Positions 26,160-38,545 of a stretch of 64,000 nucleotides of DNA are shown piece by piece. A program made the position numbers and the translations under genes. The notes under the pieces were generated by a model. It had not been told where the DNA came from, made no database searches, and saw only the letters and a program-made list of their open reading frames with translations. The first letter of the stretch is position 1; each line of letters starts with the position of its first letter. Source of the DNA: Camelus ferus (taxonomy: Eukaryota); assembly GCF_009834535.1 (NCBI RefSeq), contig NC_045707.1, positions 63,304,001 through 63,368,000 of the forward strand, in the 5' to 3' direction.

Positions 26160-26358
26160 TCGGTGGGTGAGATGCTCAGACTACGGCCTCTGAAGGCAGA
26201 CCCGGGTTTGCCAGCTGTGTGACCCTAGGCAAGCTCCCTCTGGATTTACTTATCTCTAACATGGTGATAAGGATGCCTACTCTCGGTTTGTACGAGAATT
26301 CAGGGAGATGGACTTAAAGTGTCTATCGCACAGGTGGCAGAAACTCAACAAATGTTGG
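26160..26358 (+). mobile_element. MIR SINE
   Basis: ccagctgtgtgaccctaggcaagc core; tail actcaacaaatgttgg. Confidence 0.7.
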
Positions 26359-27132
26359 TTCACTTTGCTTCCCTATCTCCATCTGTACTAATGCTACGAT
26401 CCAGACTTTGAAATCGACATGATAGTCCAATGAAGAAAATAGGAAGAAAAAAAAAAAGAATTATAAAAAGAAGTAGTCTTTCTCCAAGGAAGGTGCTAAA
26501 TGACTTAAAGCTATCACAGCAGACAGTTGAATAATGAGCTTCATCCCCCCCCCACCCCATATGTTATAGGAAGAATTTATATTGCCTCTCGACTGACCAT
26601 TTTGTAGTCAGTTTAAGATTTCTCTAGTTGTGATCCTGGGCATCTATCAAAATGAACTGATTCAACCATGGCACTCCAGATTGGCCAGTGGAATAGACAA
26701 AACAGAATTAATTCTGTTATTATTAATGTTATCACACAGATTAACTGAGTTTCTCCACGGCAGTTTAACAGCGGCACTGGCAATTTCGTTAGTGTTCCAC
26801 TAACGTACCATTTATTTGATGAACAGTCAACAATATTTATCGAGAGGCAACTGAGAAAGGCAACCTCTTCCTTTCCCTGCGTTCTCAGCAATGTTAACGT
26901 GCTGAGCCATCTATGACAATTGCACCGCTCGTCCCAGGAGCTGGGAGTTATAATGAAGCCTGAATCTGTGGACTCATCAGCTCCCTCTTCATTCAGCTTC
27001 CCACAACCAAACCAGATACACAGCCACATACACTCAGACACTCACATGTGCACAGATGATGAATACATTCGGGTGTAATTAGTAATGAAGTCCAGTCGGC
27101 GGTTTCTAGAACCTGCTTTAAACAGCTAATTG

Positions 27133-27403
27133 ATATACATGACATACTGGAAAAGACAGAACAACTGGAAAATAAAAATTATCAGTGGTTGCCAGGGGGT
27201 GGAGGTCAGGAGAAGGGACTGACCACAAAGAGGCATAAAGAAACTTCGGCGAGTGATGGAAATGTTTTGTATTTCAATTGTGATGGTGGTTACACGACTG
27301 TATGCATTTGTAAAAGTCCACAGATTTAGACATCTTAAAAGGGTGAATATTACTGTTTCTAACTTATAGACCAATAAATCTGATTTTAATAAAAAAAAAA
27401 AAC
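27133..27403 (+). mobile_element. 5'-truncated old L1 3' end (L1MC/MD-like) with TSD
   Basis: atcagtggttgccagggg...gatggaaatgttttgtat...aataaa plus an A-tail; TSD cagctaattg at 27123-32 and 27404-13. Confidence 0.85.
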
Positions 27404-28519
27404 CAGCTAATTGGAAAGGGGAAAAGAAAGTAGAGGGGCTCTTAGTGACAACAATTGTTATAATTTATCCTCCAATAATGCCCCATGAAGCTAAAATGCA
27501 GAGTTGTCACATATCTTTAAAAGAACCCGCAACATTCTGTACATGAATAAATTCTTGGAGTCAATACCATCAGAGGTCAGAATCAACTGAAATTGGTATT
27601 GATTAAGCACTGTCAAATTTCAACTCCACATGCTAAGGCCAAGGAATGAAATGAGAGCTATGAGGGAAGCAAAAACTTCATTTTAATTTAGGAAGTTAAA
27701 CAGCTGCCTTTTCTCTAATAAGTTTTTTCTCCAGAGCTAGAGGTTAAATATATAATTCAAGTTATTACAATTAAAACTTAAAAACACTCCCCATTCCCAA
27801 TGCTGCTGTACATTTATATAAACATTTCATATTTTGAAGCTTTTCCACATTCATTACTTTATATGTTTCCTGCATAACTGGATGCACAATTAATGTAACA
27901 TATTATGTGGGAATAATAAGACTTCTTTATTTTGTATAGTACTTGAGAGTCACAGAGGACCTCCATGTATATTTTCTCCTTCAACTGTCACTAAAGCATA
28001 TGCAGTAAAGATTATTAAATTGGTTCTACAAGGGAGGCAAGTAAAACGCAACTGGCAATGATGGGATGATTTGCCCCTAGTCTCAGACATAAGGTTCAGA
28101 ATTCCAACGTGGGCCTTGAATTCAGGTTTTCTGACTCCTAATAATAATAGCTGGGCTTACCTACTGACACATACTAAAGCACTTAATTTGCACGACAATA
28201 TGAATTGAGTATTATTACTGTCTCCCTTTAACAAGTCACAGGGCTAGAAAATAATTGAGGCACCAGCATTCAAACACAAGCCTTCAGGCTCCAGATTCCC
28301 TGGTCCAACACCATGGAATCGTGTGTGTCACAGCATTTTTCTATATTATTCCTGAGCTGGGCATAGGGCCCACTCTCATCAATGTACACTCTACTCAAGT
28401 TCGTTTTCATCGAAAGTGAATTAAATTAACAACTAACAAATTGGAATGACCAGTGTTCACACCTTTTTTTTTTATAGGGCTCCAGAGCTGACAGAAAGCG
28501 ACATGTTTTTCACCCTATC

Positions 28520-29350
28520 CTGACTCCTGACTCTGATCAGTTTCCTAATCCGTTTAAACTGCACGGTGCGTGTCAACGGCTCTACTATATACTCGTCCTG
28601 ACTTTCCCGTCCTTCCTCTACATCCTCTTTGCAACTGCTCCCCAACTTTGAAACACCCCATCTTTTCTACATCCTAGCCTCAAAGAGTAACTGAAAAAAA
28701 ATTAAATCACCGTAAGATTGGTTCCACCGTGAAGTTTTGACCTCCAGTGTCAACTAGACATTAGTCCCACTCAGTAATCTTCGTCCTACGGGACGCCTCC
28801 CGCTCCCATTCCCCCACAACTGTTGTTCCAAAGCCACATTATTTCACCCAGACACCTGCTCACTCCTCTCCTCCACGGCTCTCAACACATGAATGCTGCT
28901 GGCACTTCATTAAAGAAACGGAACCACCGGCTATGAAGGCTTCAACTCCATTTCCAAATATAGTGATATGCCTATTTGCTACATCTTGTACCAACTCACC
29001 TCCACTTTTTGAGGAAAAGCTGTTTTTAACTCCTGTTTCCAGTTATTCCCCAAATTATGCTTCCCCCTGCCCCCACCAGCACCTCTCACCTCCTTTGGGG
29101 CTTCATTCATCACAGATCTCCAGCCTCTCCTGCAGCTTTGAAATCTCCCTCTCCACCACTTTTTCCACTCAGCATATAAAAAGGATTCATCTTTTTAATT
29201 TTTAAAAATCTGTCCCTTAAGCTGTGTCTTCACTACCTCTCTTAGACTGTCTCTTCACAATTGAACATCTTGAAAGAGTAGATGTTTGCTGTCTCCTTGT
29301 CTTCACCTCCTCTTTGTTTCTCAAGGCACTGTCATATGTCTTGTACCTCA
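28520..29350 (+). mobile_element. L2 LINE ORF2-region fragment
   Basis: Pyrimidine-rich; cttcacaattgaacatcttgaaagagtag...gctgtctcc...cttcacctcc resembles recalled L2. Confidence 0.5.
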
Positions 29351-30814
29351 AAAATGACTTTGCAAAGGCTTGTAAAATTCAGCCTAGTAGTTGTCTGGGG
29401 CTGGGGATGAGGTGAGGGGCATGAGAAAGCTTTTAGGGGGCAATGGAAACAGTCTGTACATTCCTTGTGTCAGCAGTATCGCATCTGTCAAAACCCAATG
29501 AAATGTACATTTTAAATGGGTGCCATTTATCATACACAAATTATACCTTAATAAAGTTGATTACGAAGTAAACTCAGTGTGACAAGAGTTCTAGTGTTAA
29601 AAAAAATAAAAAACAAAGAAGTGAACTAAAAGGAAGTAGACTGGAATTATCTACAGGTAAAAATAAGATAAATTACGCAACTTGACTAAACTGAGACATG
29701 AGTTTCCTCTCGATCCAGTAAGAAAATGAACAATATTGGACTAGAGAAACCACTTCATGGTACTAGAATTCAACAAGGAATGCACCACCCAATCTTCACA
29801 GCTGAGATTTTAGGTAACACAACAGCTTTTCAAAATACAGACATATTTAATTGAACATTTTATGTATCACCTTCTCTTTTTTAAAAAATGAGTGCATAAC
29901 ATTCAATTATTACTCAGTGTAAGAATTTCTACAGCTACTGATAAAAAAAAAACTACATTAGGCTTATTACTTTCTGACAATATTACGCACTGCAGAAATA
30001 GATAAGGATTGAAGAAAAATCATCTTCCACATGCCAGGTACTTCATATATATAATCTCATTTCATCTAACTTGCATGATAAAAAGCTTGTTAGATGAAAT
30101 GAAATCACTTTTTTAAAGCGGTTAAATAACACAGCCAATGTGTAGTAGAACCCGAATCAGTTCCAGAATTTGTCAAGCTTTAAAACCTGTCCTCTATGCA
30201 CGTAAAAGAGTGGGTTGTCAACAAGTCCATTAAGCCATCCCTCTCAGGTATCAATTGTCTGAAGACATCACTGGCAAATGCTGGATCATAGGCCATCTGT
30301 CCTCACATTCACTGATGTGATGACGGAACAGGAGGAGAAATACATATGCCTGAGCCTCTAAGACATGCAGAAGTCAGGGTTGCCCTACTCCGAGAGCTCA
30401 CTTGTATGCTTCCTCAGTCCTCCCAAATGATGTGAACCAGAGTAGGAACTTCAAGAAAGCAAAAATTACATGACCAGCCTTGATTCTACTGATGCCTTCA
30501 GGCAGTCATTGGTTGACTCCCAAGAGTTCTACACCATATAATATGGAATAAAAAAGCATGGCCATAAACAGTACCTTGACCATAAAGCACTTGTTTTTTA
30601 ATAAAAACTACATGTTTATAGGTGCACATAAAATGTGTTAGCTGCAAAATGCATTCTCAAGAGTTCAGTTAATTACCTTGTTGGGTGGAGTTATTTAGTA
30701 TTATCCATTCAGAGAATAGAAAACTTTCGATTTTAGTTCTCGTGGAGCAAATTCAAAACTGTTCTCTCGACAACAAGGAGCAACTACCTCAGCCATTCCC
30801 CGTATAACATAGAA

Positions 30815-31652
30815 ATTGTAGGTGTCTTCTCAGCATAAAACAAACTGGAAGTATTCCTTGAATTCTCTCATTTTCTCACAACCCACAGCCAATATATTAT
30901 GAATCCTGGCAATTCTGCCTTTAAAATATAGTCCAAATTCCACTACTTTCCTATACTCCACTACCCACTCATTGTCATGCCTTAGATGGTCTCTCTGCAT
31001 CCATCCTTTCCCAACTATGGTATATTCCCACACTGTAGCCAGAGGGATCCTTTTGAAATATAAATCTGGTATGTCATTCTTTTGCTTGAAACCTTCCAAA
31101 GGCTTTCCATTGCACTCAGATTGAAAGCAAATGCCTCTAAAATCACCCATTAGACCCTACCTACACACCACACACCCACCCACACCCACACACACACATA
31201 CACACACACCCTGACCTCATCCCCTCCTATTCTTCTCCTCACTCCAGCGTTCTTCCTGTTGCACCTGGAACACTCCAGCCATTCCCCTGGAGTGTTCAAC
31301 GTCTTTGCACTGTCTGTTCCCTCTGCCTAGAATCATTCCCCAGACACCTCAACGCTCACTCTTACAGTTAAGTCTTTGTTCAAATGTTCCATCTTTGGAG
31401 AGGCTTTTCCCAGTCACCCTATTTTAAATTGCATCCCTCTTGCCCCTGTTTTGTTTTTCTCCTTAGTACACATCACCATCTCACACATTATGTGTTTTCT
31501 TTTCTTGCCAATCTCTCCCCAGTGAAATAGAATGTGAAGCTCTATGAAGTTTTATCTGCTTTATTCATTGCTTTGTCCCCAGTGCCTGGAACATATGAAA
31601 ATTCAAGTAAATATTTGGTGAGTGAATATTACTGGATGACTGAATGAATGAA
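30815..31652 (+). mobile_element. L2a 3' portion with an internal CA-rich repeat (31160-31210)
   Basis: gttccctctgcctagaat...tccccagtgcctggaac...tgaatgaatgaa, the L2 terminus. Confidence 0.8.
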
Positions 31653-34184
31653 ATCACGACCTCTACACAGAGAAGAATGCTTATCTTCCTGTTTGCTACA
31701 GCTGGAGTATGTCTATCTGCTTCCCCAGGTACTGCTGCCAAGTCATTTAATGTAAATTTAAAATAAATGAGAAATTAGGGCAAAAGTCTGCTTTACACGG
31801 CTGAATACTAGAATTGTATGCATCATAAAGTGATTCCTCCCTGATTTAACAATGTTAGCATTATGCAGATTTTCAAAAAGCATTTACCAGGCTATGATTT
31901 ACAGAAACATTATGCTTAGTCCGTAATTACTTTCTGACGTGGAATCAAACACTAATGGGGGAATTGGTGAATACTGTCCTTTCGTGTGTCTTCAGTGACT
32001 TTTATGGATATGGAAAATGTTCATAAGAAATAAATATGTATAAAGTCTACTTGTTTCTCCTGAAAAATACTAGATTAAGACATCTGATCTCATATTTTTT
32101 AGACGGAAACCAAAAGAGAGTTTCAATTGGAGAACACACTCTAGCCATGAGGCAAGTTGGGAGAAAGGAAGGTGACAGACCAACCCAAACTGCACAGGAC
32201 CTGTCTTAGGACAAATGTCTCTCGCGAGTAGAACCCAGCAAGACGGAGCTGTTTGTAAGATGGAGGTGTCACATCCAAGCCGACAAAAAAGTGGTAACAG
32301 CCAAGGCAGAGAGGGGAAGAACACTGAGAGGGAAATCCAGGAATGTCTTCCAAGATTTGGAGGGTATAGATAGGGTAATGTAGCCATGTTTGGGAATAAA
32401 GGAGTTTTAGGTACAGAGTCAGTGGAACTAGTAAAATTACTGGAGAAAATGATTTGCTGTTATCAGAGCGCACCTACACCTTTAGACAGAACTTCCATCT
32501 TCAACAATAAAATCTCATCTCTGTTGGGTTTTTTTGGCCTGGCTTGGGAATGCCCTTCTCCTGTATATTAAACCAGACAGATAAATTCCCTTTCTCTGGT
32601 TGCAAATACCTCCTAATATCAACTGTTCTCATGCAGTTGGGGTGTATCCCACTGAAAACGTTAGGACCCATCACTGAGGAAGCAAATGATTCCTGTAGCC
32701 AGAATCCTCCGGGATGCTTAGTCATCATTTGGTGACTAATTATTTGGCTTGTCATCAATGGCAATTCATGCCTCTATGATTTCATTTGCAAAAGTCGTAT
32801 CGCGAGCACCAACCATGTTCAGTATCTTCCTCAGTAACTGTCCAGCATGACTGAGCCTGGAGCCTTTCAGTGGGATTCAGTAACCTGTTTTTTTTTTTTT
32901 TTTAGGAAGCATGAATTGTTGAAAATGATTTGGCTTAACTTGTGATTATTTTCTCATTTGTCAGAGCTGTTTGTTATTGTTGGGGTTCAGATAATTTTGA
33001 ACAAAAATTTCAGAAAAGAACGATTTTACTGGAATCTTGGTTTTGTTCTTTTGGAGGGGGAGGGGGAATTCTAATAAAAAAAAAAAGTCAGTCTCAATCT
33101 CTCTCTCTCTCTCTTTCTATCTCTCTGAATATTTATCAACCACAGGATAAGATGACAGACACATGGGACAGTAAGACTGATATCTGCTTATCTACAGACC
33201 TACACAACTCCTTACAGAAGAAATACTTCCCTGAAGAGCCCAGTGTGCTATGAATGACTTGCTATTTAAAAGATCAGTCACGGACTTGAACAAATATATT
33301 CCCTTTATAACAACTTCCTAAAATATTCCTGGCTCGGTTACGTGCGCAATCGGCTCAGTGATACTGGGAGTCAAAAGAAATCTAAGGAAACGAGAACAAG
33401 CATCTCAGAGAGGAAGCGAGCTACAAGGCGCTCCTCACTCACTGGCCTTTGATTGCAGACAGGCTTGCTCCAAGGCTTCTCAGAGGCTGCTGTTTGACCT
33501 GTCATCTCAAGATGATCAATAAGTTTAACCAGGCATTTTTCTGTTTGACTCATGGACTAGCCATCACGGAGAGAGGCCTATTACATTTATATAAATCCAA
33601 ACCAGATCTTCTCTGATCTCTGGGAGGACCACTGCTGATCCAAATCTTCCTAGTACTTATGTATGAGCCCCTGGATTATTGGACACTGTAAACTGAAAAT
33701 GTAGCCAAATTTACTAAATAATGCCAGGCTCTCTCTGCAGCCCCCCTACCTTATGGTGATATTTCTTTAGAACTAAGAAAACGAAGTAGATATTAAATTA
33801 AAAATATACAGTAGTAAAACCTGAAGGATAAAGGACTATTGACATCCCTGTTACCAGTAAGAGTCAAATATGTTTTATAGCTAAATCTAAAGAGTCTGAA
33901 AACTGTAATTAATTGAGGTCACTGAGGTAGTGTCATTAGACTGTCTCATGGAAAATGCTTGGAGACAGAACCTGTTTACTGTTTTAGCTCTAACATCCAC
34001 CAACTATGTGACAGTGATCAAATGCTTAGGCCCTTCAAGTGTCCATTCCTTACCTATAAAATAAGGACAATGAAGCCCCAGCACCACGTGGTTGCTTTTC
34101 ATTGCTTCTGGCTTACATTTTGTGCACAATAAATGTCCAACACTCTCATTGTGTTTTAACAATAACAATCTAAGGCAGGGACGG

Positions 34185-34830
34185 CTAACTGCCTACCAAT
34201 GTCCAATTCCCTTGATTTTCAGTTTCAGAACCCCTTGTTTTTACCTCAACACATGGCCTTACAGAATAAAGACTACATTTCCCAACATCCTTTGCACCTA
34301 GGTATAGCATGTAAGAAAGTTATGGCCAAAGTGAACTTTTTTAAAAAATGCTTTATATGTGACTTCTGGAATATGTCTTAAAAAAAAGGGTGTGGGTCAC
34401 AAAAGGTCATCCCAGATGGAGAAGCATGGGGAGAAAAGCTTCGGCCCATGCTTCTCAGTTAGGAGTGTCCATCAGAGAATTTTAATATCCCCTCAAAAGC
34501 CGAGGCCCCTTGTCTGAAGGCTGAGATTCAGCAAGTCCGTAGAGTAGGGCCCCTAAATGTGAATCGGAAAAACAGCCCCCAGGTAAACCTGATATGCACT
34601 GTGGTTTAAGGACCACTGCTGTAGGGCCTTCGTCAAGTCTCACACACCTAGAATATGAAGACTAAGTGAACATCAACCAAACAGGACACTGGAAATTCTG
34701 CAAACTGGACAATGCTCAGAGTTTCCCTAAAACAGCCACTGCCTGACGATAAACATAGCAAAAAAAAAAAAAAAAAAATCCTTCTTATTTGTTCTTCTAC
34801 ATGAGGAACTATTTCCTTTAATTTTGCAAA
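34185..34830. mobile_element. LTR33-like ERVL LTR fragments interrupted by a MER5-type MITE (~34445-34620)
   Basis: aaagactacatttcccaacatcctttgcacctagg motif; MER5-like ccccaggtaaacctgatatgcac...tttaaggaccactg. Confidence 0.55.
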
Positions 34831-35086
34831 GCTTTGTCTCTTAATCCTTTTGCTCCCATCCAGAACACAAAGTCTCTGATGATAGAGTCTAGACGTCTTC
34901 TAATGGCACTTGTGTGCACATTTGTCTAAAGAAGTAAGCAGGTATCAGCGAGTGAAATGAGCCTGGATGAGCCGAGCCCTCTGTCATTTCCGGAACACGT
35001 GCTCCAGGTTGGCTGCACACCTGCAGGTGAAGTCATCTCCATCTCTCTCATGAAGAGTCAGCAACCACCAAGTCGTTTGCCTAGAT

Positions 35087-35479
35087 CTGTGGTTCTCAAT
35101 CAGGGCTGATTCTGCTAAGGCACCTTTGGCAATGTCTGGAGACATCTGTGGTTGTCATGATTGCAGGGGCTCCTGGCAGCGAGTGCGGAGAGTCCAGGCA
35201 TGCAGCTAAACACCCTACAGTGCACAGGACAGACCTCTGCGACAAATGTTATCCAATCCAAAGTCCACGGTGCTGGGGGAGGGTACAGCTCAGGGGTAGA
35301 GTGCCCGCCTAGCAGGCACGAGGTCCTGAGTTCAATCCCCAGTACCTCCAATAAAAATAAATAAATAAGCCTAATTACCTCCCCCCAACAAAATTAAATA
35401 AGCAAATAAAATAAAATTTTAAAAACTTAAAAAAAAAAAGACAAAAACAAAACTCCACAGTGCCAAGGTTGAGCAACTG
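35087..35479 (+). mobile_element. MER20 hAT-Charlie element interrupted by a SINE
   Basis: ctgtggttctcaa...tttggcaatgtctggagacat...gtgcacaggacag; resumes gtgccaaggttgagcaactg after the SINE. Confidence 0.85.
35275..35449 (+). mobile_element. tRNA-derived SINE, camelid vic-1-like
   Basis: gggggagggtacagctcaggggtagag (A box), gagttcaatcccc (B box), A-rich tail; 14-bp TSD aaagtccacggtgc / aaactccacagtgc (12/14). Confidence 0.85.
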
Positions 35480-35659
35480 TTCCAAAGGGTGTGGAAGGGA
35501 CCCCTTCCCCTCTAGACCTGTGGTTAGAATGCCCCAGGACACGTTCTCTGAGAAGCATCTCACATCTAGCGAGAAAATAAGGTCTGTGAAGAGAGAGACC
35601 ATGCTTGTGCACATCCCTGTGTCTGCCCTGAAGACATCGCATCTTAACACCTGTAAGGT

Positions 35660-35965
35660 CGTGCAGTGGCGCAGTGGGGAGCACGGGCTCCAAGATAAGA
35701 CCAGCTGAGCCCCCGCTCCTGCCCAGCACTTAATCCTGGGTTACGACGGGCAGGCTATGCCATCTCTCAGAGACTCTGTTTTCCCATCTGTAGAATATAA
35801 ACAATACTGCGGTAGAAATTTCCTGATAGAACTGTTACCAAGATTCAATGAGATAATCCATGCAAAGTTCTGAGAACAGTACCTGACATGTAACAAATGT
35901 TTAATAAAATAATGTCATTTTAAAATTAAATAATAAATAAAATAATGCAATGAATGAATGAATGA
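35660..35965 (+). mobile_element. MIR SINE
   Basis: ctctgttttcccatctgtagaat...gattcaatgagataatccatgcaaag...acagtacctgacatgtaa. Confidence 0.75.
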
Positions 35966-38334
35966 AGGCTCTTAGGAGACTCCAATACTGCAGAAAAAAA
36001 ATCTCTTTTTCATCATCATCCTTCAACCTCTATGTCCTTTTCCTCCATCCCATCTTAAATCACAGCCTGATAACTAGTAGGAAATAACTTTGTTAACACA
36101 AGAACATGGATAATAGAATCTCCATGGATTTAAACACCTTTCTCTCCCTGGTTTGTTTCTTCCTGGGAGCAATTCTTCTATAAATCTAAGAAGATTCCAT
36201 CTTCCCACATATGGCAGAACCACAGAGGAACATCCCTCACACACCTTCTTACTTCCTCCAATAACGAGCTTATAAGTCACCTGCACAACGCTGGTAATCA
36301 CAGGAAGCATAAACACTACAAATTTTTGCAACACTTTTCACAGTGGCATTATGCTGGGATGTCAAGATAAAATAGCAGCGTTTCCTGTCTTCCCCTCTGA
36401 ACACACCTCCTTGGCCTTTGAAAACTCTCTTTTTTAAGCTGCTGCCACAAAGGCTCCCATTTTACCCTTCTGTGCTCCGTCTCCTACCTGGCCCACCTAG
36501 CCTGCTCACTAGCGGGACACAAACTCAGCCCTGTCTGTACAGCTGCCATGCGCTGAGTGTTCTCATGTGTCTGGCACTGGGATGGACAAGCCACTCCCAT
36601 GGTCTCTTACGTATCTCAACTGCATCACAAGGTATGTGTTGTTATCCCCATGCTACACCAGAGACTAAGGCTCTAGCTAAGACACCTGTTCCTAGTGAGG
36701 GGTGGAATCCAAAATCCAACCCCGATCTGCCAAATACCAATGCTATTCCCGTGCTCCTTCTTTGCCCAGCCTGTGCTTGACTCCTCTACGACTTCCAGGA
36801 AAACACACATAGTGTGAGAGAATCTTTCCACGCTCGGTTGATTTTTTCACACAGGGCTACTCCACTCACTCGCCATTCACGATGCCTCTCCCTAAGGGAA
36901 GGGAAAGGAATGAACTGTCCCCACCGTGAGCATCTATGACACTTCTACGAGGCTCTTCTGATGGAGTTTCCCATTGTCCAACAAATTACTGAGAAAAAAA
37001 AATTAGAACACTGATCCATTCAGGAAAAGGGTTCCTGTTTCAAATGGTTGCTTTTTTCCCCTCTGAAATGCTGAGAGACACGTCTGCCTGAATTCTAGGC
37101 TTGTGTGGAGATAGACTAACTTTCAGCCTGACTTGCCATTTAAAAGGTTTACGTTTCATCAGAGAGACACATATAATAAATGTACCATATTAAAAAAAGA
37201 AAAGAACTCCGTATTTCTTCATTTTCGTTCACTGGCATGACAGGTGGGTGCAGTATTAAGTTACAGCGGAAGCAAGAACATGAAATCCCTCACTCTGGCC
37301 AACCCACCACCGGAACCTAGAACTCTACGGAGAAGAGGGAGCGACAGGAAGAGAGGAGGGATAAGAAAGCAAAGAGAGAAACCACCAGATGTAAAGACAT
37401 CGTCGTAAAGAACCGACCTCTCAGGCAAGCAATCTGAAACTCTCAGGTTTTGTGTGATGCACTTTTATTCCTTTGTCACCCAAATCAACGCACTTATCAA
37501 GGTCTATTGATTTTTCCTTCAAGTGCATCTTCCTATATCCATGCCTTGAAAATTTACTGACTGACTGCAATGGACAAGGAAATGTGCTATAAATACCATA
37601 ATGTATACAATATATGCTACATATACCATTTCTGAGAGCTCCCCAGGATATATACATACGTATGTATAATGTACACGTGTGCATCACTATAGTATAATAC
37701 TGTATATGAGTGTGTTTTTCACTGGCAATAGTTCTTACCCTCACAGATCTTGCAACCTCATAAGTTAAAAAAAAAAACGTGCAGAAAACAACATAATAAA
37801 TTAGGACAATGATCTAAAGAGAGTTATAATTAAAGGGCTATTATAGTTCAAAGAAGGGCAAGCTTCATGGAGGAAACAAAACCTAAAACTGCCTGGGAGA
37901 ACAGTTAAGCTCTGGGACTACGATAATTCTTCCTTGTTATACTAATATTCTTAAAATCTCAGTTCAGTAATTGAAGCACAGAATTTCATGGAGTTATGTT
38001 TAAAACAAAGTTTCATCGCCATGAGAGAAAGATAAATGAACAGCTGGCGTATTTGCCTTTACCAGATCCAAATCTCCATTATGAACGATCAATCATGACC
38101 TTCTGGTGGGCTTTCAAAACTCCAGGCTTCCTTCCCTTCTGAATGATTTGGCATACTTCTTCAAGATTCATATTTCTTAAACCCTTACTTTTATCATCGT
38201 GTCATTCCCTTATCCTCTGGGGACCTGACGTCTTTCCATTTCCATCCAGACTTGTCTTTCTGACCCCTCTCCAGCTGCTTACTTTCCCTTTCTGCAACTC
38301 CACCTTTCGTCTTCCTTGGGACCCAGACTCTCTG

Positions 38335-38545
38335 AATTCAAGCTCAGGGCCTCAGCTCCCCGGGTGTGAGTGTTGGCTCTGCCACTGTGAGCCACGGAAC
38401 CACGGGCAAGCCAGGCATTCACTCCCTCAGTGCCTCGTGTTCCTCATCTAGAAAATGGGGATAACAGCTCTTGCCTGCAAACATTAAACAAAGTATTAAA
38501 AAGAACAGTGCCCAGCGGCTAGTAAATCCTCAACAAATGACATCT
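38335..38545 (+). mobile_element. MIR SINE
   Basis: ggctctgccact...gtgcctcgtgttcctcatctagaaaatggggataac. Confidence 0.75.

Noticed and set aside
32050..32470. Overlapping ~105-110-aa ORFs; possible pseudogene or LTR
   Set aside because: No recognisable protein similarity, polyA tail, TSD or termini.
35275..35350. tRNA gene
   Set aside because: It has A and B boxes, but the A-rich tail, TSD and second dispersed copy identify it as a SINE.
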